Positions 35,050 to 48,850 of a DNA stretch of 64,000 nucleotides are shown here, piece by piece. Numbering within the stretch: the stretch's first letter is position 1; the number at the start of each line of letters is the position of its first letter. The notes under the pieces were generated by a model, which searched no databases, had not been told where the DNA came from, and worked only from the letters and a program-made list of their open reading frames with translations. The position numbers and the translations under genes are program-made. The DNA comes from Thalia democratica. Lineage: Eukaryota. The stretch spans positions 27,714,001 through 27,778,000 of the forward strand of contig OZ241826.1 in assembly GCA_965202585.1 (NCBI GenBank), in the 5' to 3' direction.

Positions 35050-35645
35050 GTACTATACTACAACCCCCCAATTAGCTCAACATTAAAAACTGAATTAGGA
35101 AAATAATTTCTAAAGTTAGTAGACAAAAACATATCTAAAAACAGACCTCTCTTTAAAATCCTGAACCGAAATACAAAATAAGTTACTCATTTATGCCTAA
35201 CGTAGAACCCGAAATTAGCAAATCAAATCTTAAAATTTTAGAGGAAAGTAAAATACAGGAGAAAAATGAAACAACTTGCAATTGCAGAATTAAAGTCTCA
35301 TGCCCAGTGGAAAGCAAATGCCTTTACAGAAGTGTTATATACAAATCTACGGTCACATATAATAACAAAAACATCATTATATTGGTTCACTGCAAGAAAC
35401 TTTAAAATGAGACTCAATGAGCATATGCATATCTTCAGAAAAAAAATCTGAGAGAATCGAAGAAACTGAGATATTTCATTCAGGCCGCCAAATTCATCAA
35501 ATAGATGATCAAGAAAAACGACAAATGGAAAATATTGCTAAAAATTAATTAACGCAAACCGAGCAAAATTTGCTCTCTTTGCAATGTAGGAAGACTGGAA
35601 ACAGCATTTGCTGAAAAAAAATAATCCCTTAACTCCAGAATTGAG
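35050..35645 (+). mobile_element. Penelope-like retroelement 3' fragment (GIY-YIG endonuclease), degenerate
   Basis: It reads YYNPP...KTELGK*FLKLVDK...KILNRNT/KISYSFMPNV...CNCRIKVSCPVESKCLYRSVIYKSTV../YIGSTARNFKMRLNEH...CSLC...LNSR, the typical PLE RT-linker-GIY-YIG succession. Confidence 0.88.
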
Positions 35646-38600
35646 TAGAAGGATTATCAGAGTATTCGTTTATCAGAGTACTCTTTGAAAAAATTCAAAA
35701 TTTATTGGTTTGTTTTAAATACTATGACTTTAGTCTACATTTTGTTAAACTAAACTTACATTCAAAAAGATAAAAATTTTTGGATATGTTTTCATATAAG
35801 TGCTATCAATGTTATTAATTAATTTTATTAGTAATAATATTGCAGCTAAAAAATGATTACAAAAGCAATTTTTTAAACAACAAATTAGCATCTTTTTGTG
35901 TTGTTGCTATTTTATTCGGCAGTCTTTTATAAGTAAAGGGCTAATATATCTTAGACAAGTTCACATGGGCTGCACTGTGTAGAAAAACTTGGGCGGGTCG
36001 CAGTGAATTCATACAGTTGTGGTAATTATACTATTAAAACAGTGGACAAAAACGCGACCATAATTAATAATTATTAAATAAAAAAATTATTTATAATTTA
36101 ATACTACAAATGGAACTAATTGCTTTAAAAAATATTTTTTACAAATGATAAGTACTAAGCGGGTCTTTAAAACATTTTTTGTATATATATATATATATAT
36201 CAATTAGCGAGTTTTTATCTTACAGTATTCAATAGTTTCACCGAAGTAGTTAAAAATCATACGCCAACTAAAAACTTATTTTATTTCACAACACAATAAA
36301 AAACTACAAAAAATATTTTATCTGCGTGAAATACTACATTGATTCTAAGTTCATTTTTTTACTTTCGTCTATTGATTATTGGTTTAACTTTTATAGTCAG
36401 AAAATTATCTTAAACATTCTATAAATAGTCTAAGATTTATTAAGCTCTGATGTAAAATGTAGCAAACAGAATCAATCACAAAAAACTTAACTTTGCAAAA
36501 TCAGAGTGTTGAATAATGAAAATTCAGTTAGAAGGGAAGTAAAAAACAAATTATAAAGTTTCAGCTATTTGTTAATATTTGATTAACAATTCGGATTGTC
36601 TTGAAAATTCCTAAAAGAATCTATTAAATTATTTTTGTTTATCTTAAAATAATCTAAGCTAAACAACAGTTCAAATTTACTACTAAACGTATTGTAACTG
36701 TAAATAAATATTTATGTTATAAAGTATTAAGGTTAAAGTATAACTTGAATTTTTATATAAGCTTTTTTAAAACTTAATAAATGTTTCAAAAGTATTGTTT
36801 TTTTGTCTAAAACCTCGGCTATTTATAGTTTTTACGTAATTTGAGTTTTACTAAATATTTATCTAAAGTTTTTAAAGTATCTAAGTTTTTTTAGACATTT
36901 GGTCAAATAGCATCATAGATGGAAATCACTTTTGTGTTATTTGTCAAATGCCTTAGTTTAACTTATTTTGTATAAAACCGAAGTTATTTTATTAAAAGGA
37001 ACAACGTCACTGACTGAATGAAATTACTGACTTTAACTAGGAACTTTTATTTATCACTCTTAAGAATGCATATTTTTAAGCTCTGTTCTAAATTAACTTA
37101 ATTTGCTACTAAGTTTTACAAACTTTGACAAAAACTTAAATTTTCTTCGTGAAATATTTAATTTTTGTCAAAACAACACTTTAAAAGAAAAAAAACCTAA
37201 AAAATATCTTTAAACGCTATGTTTCATTAAACAATGATGCTTAATAATTCTTAATTATTTTAACTGTATTTAATCTACTATTTACAAAGTTTAAGTATTA
37301 CATGTTATATATTAGCTATTTTGATTCTATCATAGCACTTCAACCATCAAACCATAAGCTTTCGGCAGACTGAGACACGGCTCTCTGAAACTTTGCGCAT
37401 AGTATAAAAACATCAAGGGTTAAAATCTGTAGACTTTCGTGGACATTTTCTTTGAATTATTAAAAGTCAACCTAAAAATAAAATTACATTCTATAGTTTC
37501 TAAATTTTAAGTTGTTTTTACTAAAAGTTTTAGTATTCCATCATTACTATTAATTCTGTCGTCAATAACTTAGAAGTACTTGTAAATATAAATTACTTCT
37601 TAGAGATTTAATTAACAACCAGGTTTAGTTTATGTTAAAAATAATCCAATTAATATTTGTTTTGATTATTCGACATACCTGTCTTTTACCTATTTTCATT
37701 TGTGTTGTTTAAAGTTAGTACATACAAAAACGTTTTAACTATTATCGTTAATGTTTCACAGTAAAATTTATGCTATAAGTGAACTAAATAAATTAAAAGT
37801 GTATCTTTTTTAAGCTTGCAAGTAGTAGAATATTGTAACAGTATAATAGTTTCATTTTTACTGGTTTTATTTAAAAAATATTTAGTTAATGAATTAAGTT
37901 TAAGTTAATTATGTTTTTTTTAAGAATGTTTGTTTTAAAGGAATACTATTTGTAAAAATACTTTGTAAATTAATTTATTGCAAATAATTTTCTTTTTAAC
38001 TCTTTTTAAATACCTTCTAGAATTTAATAGCAAAAGTTTGCTTAAAACTAGCTTAAAATACAAATTGAAAATGATCAACAAACTTTATTGAATTATTTTA
38101 AATAGTAATTTCAACAATAAGTTTTCAATTGCTTAAAAATAACTATAAAGTACAAAGGTGGTATTTAGTGAATATAAAAAGGACATTTTCATTGTTTTGA
38201 AATATTAACAAAAATCTATAAAAACAGGTTCATTCTGTTTATTAAACTTAATATTTTGCTAACAAGAGTTATACTTTTTTAAATTTTAAAGCAGAATTGG
38301 TGTTTTATATTGTTTTGAAATAAACATTTTGATACAAGCTTATGTTATTAACTATTAACATCAAATTGGTCCTAATTTCAAATATTACAAAAGTGTCATA
38401 TGTTTTTGATTTATGTTAAATATTTAGAATGTAATAATTGCTTTCATCCATGACAAAAAAAAAGTTACTTATAGTTAAAACGAATGTACTTCAAAAAAGC
38501 AAGAAATTTTTTTGTTTAGAGTACAAAACAATCGCAACTTTATTAAAAATTGAGTTCCCTGCCAAACAAGGAAAAAAAAAACTTAATAAAAATAAATTTT

Positions 38601-41600
38601 ACAGTTGGGTTTCAAGGGTTTGTAAACAAAGTAGCTCTCCTCTTACTTATATTGGTAATTAAAAACTGTTTTAGCTTAATACATATTTTCCACCTAAAAT
38701 TTCGTAAGTTGGTTTAAAAGAGCGCAGTTCTATAAAATCAACGGTTTTTAATATCTATTAATCAGTTTTCAGTTAAGGTACTAATTACATTATAAGTTGA
38801 AAAAAATGTCTAAACTTTAATTGCTTTTTTGATACTAATTAACATTCTAAAAATAATTTAGTTTAAAAACCACCAAATCCACGTAAACTTGACTTTTAAT
38901 CAAAATTCCCAAACTACCTATAAAGATACTTGCAAAACTATAAGAACTTGTTTAAATTTACAAAGTATTACCGATTTTCTAAAAGGTATAATAATAAAAG
39001 TTTGAAGATGGCTGCGAAAATGATAAAAACCCAAAAGCCATTTGTTATTGATATTTGTTTAAACTTAGGATTATATACAGAGTTTCATACACGATTATTG
39101 ATAAAAAGTTGTATAACAAGGGTATTTTAAGTTTTGTAGCTTAAAATATTGGTAAAACGTTTTGCATAAATTTAAAGCAAAAAAAAAAAACAAATTAATC
39201 AGCGTAATAAAAAAAAAAAAAAAAAAAAAAAACTCTTTTGGACGTATGATTTACGATTTAAACGTAGTAATTATACAGTAAAATATATATAGTAAAATGT
39301 TATTATAAATACTTCTATAGGCTTAATCTTAACTCCATGGATTTGACATTACAATATGCTAACTTACAGACAAATTAGACCATTCCTGACGCACTCACAG
39401 GCTTTTGTATACACACCGATCAAAAAACAAAAAAAAAAGATATCACAAAATAAATGTTAAGATATTAACTATAAAAATAACTACAACAAAAAACAGTAAT
39501 TCATCGGTTGACTTCTCACTTTTAGGCTAATAGCTTTGCGCAAAATTTTATTAATTAAAATAAAGCTTTTAAAAAAAAGTTAGAAAAAAACTTATTTAAA
39601 CCGAACAAAAACGATAACAAATGATGATCATTGCAACTAAATAAAGATTCAGTTAAAAAAATATAAACACAAGCTTTTTATATGCCTTATAAAATAAAAT
39701 TTTTAAAACAGATAAATAAATATAAATAAACGTATATAAAACTTAAACTTATTCAATAAACGATAAACCCAATTTCATTTAAGTAAGGATGTTTTATAGA
39801 AACTATGTCTATCAGAGTACTATCTAATATGAGCGTAGAAGACTATTTTTTTATTGAGAATTATTTTTGTAACATTTTTTGGAAATTAGCTAATTATGAA
39901 TGATGTTAGCTTATCAAAGTTGTTACTTGCATTTAAGAATTTTTGGTAGTAGAATTAGTTATTAAAATGCGTTTGTATTAATTATAATTATGCGTGTTTT
40001 ATGCTGAGGACAAATAGGTACGTTGAAACAGCTAGTATACTAAAGGGTCAGTCTGAATTGCATAATTGCTGAGTCAGTGTAAAAAAGCCTTGTTTAATGT
40101 TATTTTTATAATTAGAACTTAATTTTTGATTATTGTTTAGTATGTTTGGGTATGGTGGGTTAGGAATAAGGATAGAAAAAAATAACTTTAAAAATGTTTT
40201 CTGACCTGGCAAATGTTTAAATCTGACTGATCATTAAGCATACTTTTCTAATAAAACAATAAACTTATTATCTCTATATTTAAGCAACTAAGTAAATTAT
40301 AGTTTCTGTTTTTTTAGGTTTACTTATCTTTTATCAGAAAAATATTTAATAATTGTTGAAGTATAACTATGAAAAATTAATATTAGCTGTTAAAATAATA
40401 CAGTTAAAGAAGCATAGGAATAAAATTTCTTTAAAAATAGTCTAAATCAAGTTGGTTTACCTTAGTAAGCTGTAGCCTACAATTTGTAAAATTTAATTTA
40501 GATTTAAGGAATAAAAAAAATCATATTTTTTTTACAAGTATTATTGTTTCATTTTAGTAGTAATCATATTGCAGCTAAAAAAATGTTTAACAAAGTCTCA
40601 TTTGATAGGCTTTTAAGAACATAAAAACATACCTGACATGCTGGTTTAAGCCGATTTGCTGAGTCAATTTATTTACATTCAGATTATTTTACGAGCTCAT
40701 GTGGCAGCCTAAAATTGTTATTAAAAAAAAAAAACAGAAGTAATTAAAAATATAAATAAACTCATCTTAAATACCTAGCTTGAGTTGTTAAAATAATCAA
40801 ATATCCTTTTAAACTGATATATTCCTGAACGCTTTTTTAAACATAGTTTTCGGTGACTTGATTTTTAACTTACTAACGGCCAACTCATTGTACAACAAAT
40901 CTCGTCAATGCGCTAACTAAAAGTGGTCTATGATATAGTGACTTTTTATTCAAAGTTACAAATTCAATAAAAGGAGAAAAACTTAAACAAGTTTGAGATA
41001 ATGTTTAAATTTTTTTATTAAATCAATTGAAAAGAGCATAATGAAAGAAGCTCTTGGCCTTAATTTTGTTTAAATTCTATACTATCAGAAGATTATTTTT
41101 ATTTGTATAAATATATAAAAATATTGCACATGAATTATTCATAATGTACAAACTTTAATATACTTCAGTAAGTATGTTTTACTAATTTACTACTAGTTTA
41201 GAATATCTGTACTCTTAGTAGACTAATCTAGGTTCCTACAAAATGTATATAAATACATTTAACTTAAATATTTGAACTATACTTAACAAATTTTGCAATT
41301 TTAATTACTTTAAAAATTTTATTGTTCAGATTTAGCGTAGAATTTACTTCTACTTTAGTTTTTGTGTTACGTTTTTGAATAAGTATTCCAAAATTTAATT
41401 TTGATAATTGTAAATACTACATTAATTTTCGGTCTTTAAGCCTGTTTTATCTGTTTTAAGTAGCGTTGATTGAATAAAAACTAATAAATTACTGAATAAT
41501 ATAGAACATATATTACAATGCATTGATTATTAAAAATAAAGTCTTTAAATAAAACATTTTTACCCAAAAAAGGAAATTTTTTGTGTTGTTGCTATTAGAT

Positions 41601-44462
41601 GATTAGCTCATGATTTCGCAATCTTCTATTCCGCATCGTGTAGAAAAATTAATACCGCGTGCTGCAATAAGCTCATATAATCGTAATTTTAATACTATCA
41701 ATCTAGTAAATATAAATGTGGTTATACAGAGATTGTAATTACCAATTGTCAAATTAACAGTTTTTTTTTATAAATTTTGACATCGAAAAGAACTTATGGT
41801 TTACAAAAATAGTTTTTTTAAGAGAAAAGTACATAGCTTGTCGTGCCGACCTTAGGTTAGTTCATGCCTGTTTCTTATCAAATAATTCAATTAATATTAA
41901 GTTATAAACAATATAACACTAAAACTTCATTAAAAATGTTTTATGCACACTAGAAAGCTATTTAAGTTTAAGCTATTTGTCAACATTCGATTAGCAATTC
42001 GAATCGTTTTGAAAAAATACAATGTGTATAACTTTAAATAAGTATTAAAAAGACGCAATAGTTTCCATTTAAAGAGTTTAGAAGGAAGTTATATGTTAAG
42101 TTTAAAAGCTGAACTCTACAAACAAAAGAAATTAGTTTTTTTATTTGGTTGAATTCAAACTGAATATATGTAGTCTAGTTTGAAGAATTTTGTAATGTGT
42201 ATTTTTGTGTTTATACTTTATTAGTGTATTAGTAAACAGTTTCATTAAATGGTCTATATTTTACCTTTGTAAATAAACTAATTGCTGTATGTGTTTTGCC
42301 AAAAATTGTTAAATATTTAAATCATAAGCTAAATTTACTGATAACATTCAAAATTAGTAACATGTTGATTTTTTTTTTGATTGTTATTGTTTTTTTATGT
42401 TTTTTTAACTGAAAAAACTGATAAAATATTTTAAGTGTTTTTTGTTCTGTTTACATTTTTATTTTAGTTTGGTTAAACACTTACATTTAGAAACTTACTT
42501 AAATTAAAAAAAATTGATAGTTATATTTAAATAGGTAGATTTATTTTATTTTTTTATTAGTTAAATCATAGTTTCTTTTTTGATACAGCTTTGTTTTACA
42601 TAATATATATATATTTGTTAATTATGCAGCTTTAGTTTGTTTTTATATTTTTTAAATGTTATAGCTTCATTCCTTTATTTCTTATTTTTTAATAAGATAA
42701 AATAAGTTCGTGGTTGAACCCAAATTCTTAAATCTACTTTTTAGAAATTATACATTTTTATTTATATTTTTTTTAAATCATACAAAAGGTCAAGTTATTG
42801 ATGAATATTAAATTTAAAAAAACAATCAGGTTAAAACGTCACCTTCTAACATAGAATTCAAAATATATTTTACAAGTGTTTAATCATAGGCAATATAATA
42901 AAAAAAAGCTTATCTAGTTGTTTAAAAAGTTTTTTGTTTAGAAAAATATTTAAAATTGTAACTATTAATGCACATTATAATTTTGATTGAAGTTTGGTAT
43001 GCTACTTGATGACCGAGAGGACTTTTTGTTAATCAAGGTCTTTAAATTAAAACATTTTGAGAAATTTTTCTTTTTTGTTCGTTTATTCAATAAACTATTA
43101 ACGTTTACAAATTTATTGATAGATATCACTGTCTCTTAATTTGTGTTGTATTTTGTTAATTTTGTTATACAGTGTCCTAATATAACCAAAACCTAGTTAA
43201 CTTTTGTACACGATCAAAGTTAGATAAACTATTACCGTGGATGAATTAAACTTTGCATAGTTATGTGTTTTGATTAAAAAAAATACCGAAAAAGTAACAT
43301 GCAATTACGTAACGATGCGAATTAATAACAATAAATTAGTACTGTTTTATTGACTACAGTCATGAAAACAAACAAATAGTTTAACTTTGATTTTTAGAAA
43401 GATGACATAAACCTTAAATTACCCAAGTACCTTTAAATAGAGTTCGAATAAAAAAAAATAAAATTTAGTTAAACTCCATACAATTTTTGTACATTAAACT
43501 ATAACATATCGTAGAGGTCAAAGTAATATTACCTACTAAAGAATATTTTAGATCACAGTTTGCTCTTCTATTGTTTTCAACATTTCATTGTTAACCCTGC
43601 CTCATGGTTAATTCTTACTAAAAATTTTTAAACACAACATACAGATAAAAAAATAACATTCGAAGTTGACTAAAATTTGTTTTACTTTCAGCGCAACTTC
43701 GCTTGGAATGACCCTGAAAAGGTTTGATGTTGAAAAGGGAAAGGTTTAAACTATTGTGTTTTTAACTACAAAAAATACAAGAAAGTTATCAAACTCTTTA
43801 AATAACCTATATAATTTTGATCAAAGATTAGTCTGATATATTTTTTAAAAGACTAGTCGTACAAAAATTAACGATCTTAAGACAACGCCCATTTATATAC
43901 AAGGTTTTACCAACAAAGTTAGATTGAAAGGGGCGTATTGCTATTTCGATAGAAATACGACTTCCAGGAAATGTTAAAACTCATCACGGGTCTCAGTTAA
44001 TAAGACTAATGAGATTAGGCCAACTTGTCAGATAGAAAAAAAAAATATTAAAAATTTGAGCTCGTCTCACGGCATACGAAAGTCCAGGCTGAGGCTCTGT
44101 AGACCAATGTTTTGGAGGCCAATTTTTTCGTTGATCGCCTTAACTATAGAAAGACAGTAGTGAAATTGTTTCACTCAAAATTTAGTAAGAACTAAAGTAA
44201 GTAATTTAATTCGGATGGTGCAATGATAAACCTGTAAAGACTATCGAAAATTTGTTTGTTGCGAAGTAAAATAAATTGTCATCTTTTTGAAACAAAATTG
44301 TGATTTTAATTAAATATCATGCTATTTACCATTCTAAATAACTATTTACTTAGAAAACTGTATAAAAGTGTTTAAAACTTTTAGAAAAATTAAAACAACT
44401 GTCATTTTTGAGTGTTTATACAGACTCTTGTTTCAACTGAAGGAATATAAATTATTTAAAGT

Positions 44463-46159
44463 TTATTGAACGCTAAAAACAACTAAATAAGCCGGAGTCA
44501 TGCCGATCAGCTCATGCTTGATTATCATTGCGGTTTGAAAACAGCACCCTCTTGTGTCGGAGTTGGGAAAAACTTCATCGTCCGCGCAGTTGCCGTCGCT
44601 CGATACGAAGACAAACGAAAGATTTTCGACTCGTCCGTTCGTGACACAGTGGCTTAATCCATTTCCTAGTTCACAGTTCAAGATGGTGGACGCATGGCAG
44701 AAACAGTAACTGACTCCGCACTTGCACTGACCCAACAAATCCTCAGGGCTCGCAGAGTAGCCTCTCGCCAGAACTTTCGGCACCTCGTGGGACTTGACTC
44801 CTCGCAGGTAAAGCAAGCCTCCTCGCGTCTTTTTGCTTCCGTCGACTGGGTTGATCCTGAAAATATGCAAGATTGCCGCGTTTCGGCTGTTTTTGGTCAT
44901 ATTACCGAGCACAAACTGATGATCTGGATCTGAAGTTTGCAGCAGCCCCGCTTTGTACTTGGCGTAATCATTAGTTTACGAGATGCTGCTCGTTTCAAAC
45001 AACAGTTGCCGCATGAATGAATTCACTTTTCGTTCAAACTGATGCTTCTTAAGTTTAACTTTTACCCCTTGATTGGCGCTTATTTCTTTTTTAAGCTCGG
45101 CAACAAAAGCGGTTATGGAGCAGTCTTCAAAGTTAGCAGGACTGTCTTCAATCAACGCGTCTTTTGGATCTGAGATTGAAGAGTCATACAAAATGTATTT
45201 CGCAAGCTCGCGTGCGCTTTGCTTTATTTCGATTTCTATTAAGTATTCGAGAGTTAATAAATCATGGTGAGCCGCAAATGTTCTTTTTTCGTCACTTAAA
45301 ACTTGAAACGTTCCCGAGAGAATTTTGTTTCCGTCGCTGTCGAACTTGCAGGCTGGAAAGTCTTCAAAATCAATTTGTTTTTCGGAATATGAATTTATCA
45401 CGAAAACCTTTAAAACGGGCTCGTAAATAAGACTGGAGTCAAGAAACGGGTATGAAGATTTTATAAACAAAGTTGAAGTTGTATTCTTATTGAGCAATTG
45501 TTCGTGAGTTTTAACAGACTGGTCATCTTTACACGCTTTACAAAGACAACCTGAACTTTCCAGCGTCTTTTTCACTTTGCTAACAAACAAGTATGTAAAG
45601 TCTTTGGCGCTACCATCTTCTTCCACAAAGCGATTTCCATAACAATGAGCAATTTCAAAGCTGTTCGTCAAATAAATACCGGGGCCATGTTTTCCTGACG
45701 AAGAAGGCCTCAGTCCTTCTCTCAAAATTCCTTCGATGTTGCTTCCTTTGGTGCCGTGCAAAAGCAGCAAGCCTGTACATCTGCAACGTTCCACATTTGA
45801 TTTGACCCTGTAAATCCTAAGAGCGACGTTTTTGTTCGAGTACTTTTTCAATTGGTTCGTTTCACCGCTCAAATCTAGCGATCTTTTCAACAGATCGTAA
45901 TCCGGATCGTCGCTTTTCAATAGTTGAAGCTCGTGTTTGGAATCCTTAGAAAGAGATTTTTGAAAGCCGAATTTTCACATTTAAACAATTTCACAGCTTC
46001 TTTCACCAAACATTCTTTTTTTGCTTCAAATCGTTCCACCATTTTTTCGATTTCACTTTTCGTCTTTTGCTTTTCTTTTTCACATAGGCGACGCAAGTAT
46101 TTCTGAGGACCAGGAAACTGCGAGATTGTCTGATCTAAATATTGTTCGTTTGAATACAT
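44463..46159 (-). pseudogene. Tandem PARP/ART-domain gene, copy 2 (frameshift near 45960; in-frame TAA at 44976-44978)
   Basis: ORFs 45917-46159, 44976-45920 and 44463-44912 are collinear with copy 1. TAA replaces the GAA (Glu) codon of copy 1, and the last two ORFs are in the same frame. Confidence 0.85.
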
Positions 46160-47775
46160 GATGTATTTACTGTACAGTCTGTATAGAAAGTCTAAATTTA
46201 AGAAAATAATCTTTTTTTTCTTAAATTAAATAATTAAGTTAATTAAATGTAGTCAAAGTAATTTTAATCAGAGTATAATGGTTTATCTCAGATTTCTTAA
46301 CCAAGTAAGCAGTTAATGTTCAGACAATGCTTTCCATGCATATTTTATGTCTATTTTTTTCATTGAACAAAGGTTTGGTCTAAGGAGTTAATGTGATAAA
46401 AAGCTTATCGGTTATCGAGTCGTACACCATATGCTTTTACAATTTTTTCTGAGCAACAAATGTTAATTTTTTTTAACTTAAACTTTTAAACCTTGATAAA
46501 TAAAAAATAAATATAATAAAAAAAAGAAAGGAAAGTTTAGTTAGTTATGCGTTCACTTAAAATATTTTTATTCAGAATGCATTAAAAACTTATCTAAGAA
46601 CATAAAACTTAAATACAGTCTAAGCCTAAACCTCAAAAAAATTAGTAGAGAATATTTAGAACATTACAATTTGAATATTAACCTAAAATAGATTGATAAA
46701 ACGAAATAAACAATATTTATACCAAACATTGAAATAATTAGAAAAGTGGTCACAACTTATTTATAAATGATAAATTATGATAAGCTTAAAGATTTTTAGG
46801 TTGAGTGTTATTAGTATATTTTTGCTAGAAATTACCTTTCTTTTTTTACTTGATAATTAGATTAAATCACTTAAAATAGTTTATATTTGTCTCGTCCTGG
46901 ACAAGACGTTAAAAGGTATCCGTTGAGTGCGATTTGATGACGAAAGGTTTATTGTGCACCAAATCCTAGGACCAAATATCTTAAGCGGTTTATATGTTAT
47001 TTAATAAACAAGTATATCTAAATAAAAAAAACCTATATAACTTTTTAAAGAAGTTAATTCATATATATAAAGTTTGTTGTACAACAATTAATAGCGCTCA
47101 TATTGTTTGGTCCTAAGACCTAGTGCACAAAATACTTACTTGGTTCATAAACTAAATTTAACTTTTGTAGATTTAAAAAAAATTAAATACTGTAGCATCA
47201 GACACTACGCATTTAAGAAGAAATAAAAACCCTTCGGTTAAAAATACTTTTTAAGCCTAAAAATGAATTAAAAAGAAGCAAAAAATATTTGAAGACCTAT
47301 AAAGAAAAAGTATATACTTATATGTTTTCTTAGAAGATAGATTAACTTATTATAAGTTTATTTTAACAGTAATCTCAGCTTACAGTTTATTTGTATAAAA
47401 GAAATTACTGTTAGAAGGTACATCTACAACTTAGTAACCTCTATCATAAAATTTTTACATGCGAATACTGGAAAATAAATAAAGAGAAGTTTCTTAACAT
47501 TCGAAGTTATTTCATAGTAGTATACCTAAAAAACTATATAAATAATAGATGGATAGCAAATGCTGCAACTAAGACTAAACTACTGTTATTGTAACCAAGC
47601 AAATCAGGTTTTGATTGATAGTTTCATAGTGTTTAATGACAAACTTAAATTCCTAAAACACAAGTAGATAAACGAGTAGCAATTATCACTTATGATCCAG
47701 TAACCTACAAGAAGTTGTATGTATCGTTGTAGTGTGTTTTATACCCACATAAGGTTTCCACTCGTTTTTACAAAA

Positions 47776-48850
47776 CAGGGTTGCCACAGATCAAGTTGAG
47801 AAAATTTTCTTGACAATCACTTTTCTAAATTAAATTCTTAATTTAAACTTATTCTTAAATACATAATATAACACTTGAAACTATATGAAGCTTTTAGTCT
47901 TATTTTAATACAGGTTAAGACAACAGTTTTTTTTTGCTGAATTCAATTACCAAACTTCCAGCACATTACTTGAACCATCTGTGTATGATTGATTTTTTTT
48001 GCTATAAACTGCTCTATAAGCAATATGCTTGTATTATTACCTTATAAACACAGCTTGTCTAAAAAAGGACACAGTTTTTAGCATTTTTTAACATATATAC
48101 TTAGGCAACAGTAAGAATATACATAAAAAATCAAACTTTTTATCTGTTGTATTAAATATTTCCACTTATCATTTAGCCTAAAATTTATAACATAGAAATC
48201 TACTCTTATCTATATTAAAAATTTAAGTTATTCTACAAAAAATACAAGTAAGTAAAGTTTTTCATGGCATATACACCTCTTAAAATGTATTTTACGAATT
48301 TAAACAACTTAAAAAAAATCATATAAGGGTTAAGTATACACATCAACTTGTTACACAAAATACTTAACTAGCTGATTGATTATAAATAGCTCAATTATTT
48401 ACTTAAAGACAAAAAACGCTAATTATAAAATAATGCTAGATTAACTATTATGTATATATAACAGTTTCACTTTGGAAGTGTCCTTGCTATAGATTTATAG
48501 AACATCAATATTAAAAACTTACAAAATCTGCTTGTTTAATATGATTAAAAAAAATTTTTTACATTTTTATAACAGATATTTTTTTTAATGTATACCAGAT
48601 AAAGACAATGGAAATTAAATAATTTTGGTTATTTCTAGAAAAAATTTGAATTTTTTTTCTGACTTTAAAGAATTTTTGATTAATTTTTTACCATTGAAAG
48701 GTTTTGTAAAATAAGGAATTTTGTAAACTTAAACTGACAAATTGTGACTTGTTTTTTTTTATTTTTGGTTTGACATATCCTGACTTTTGTTTTAAAACCC
48801 CCCATTTTTTTTCTAACTTTTCCTTATTTCTTAACTTTTTAGCAACCCTG
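47776..48850. mobile_element. hAT-type non-autonomous element, uninterrupted paralogue
   Basis: Ends are CAGGGTTGCCACAGATC...TAGCAACCCTG. Confidence 0.7.
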
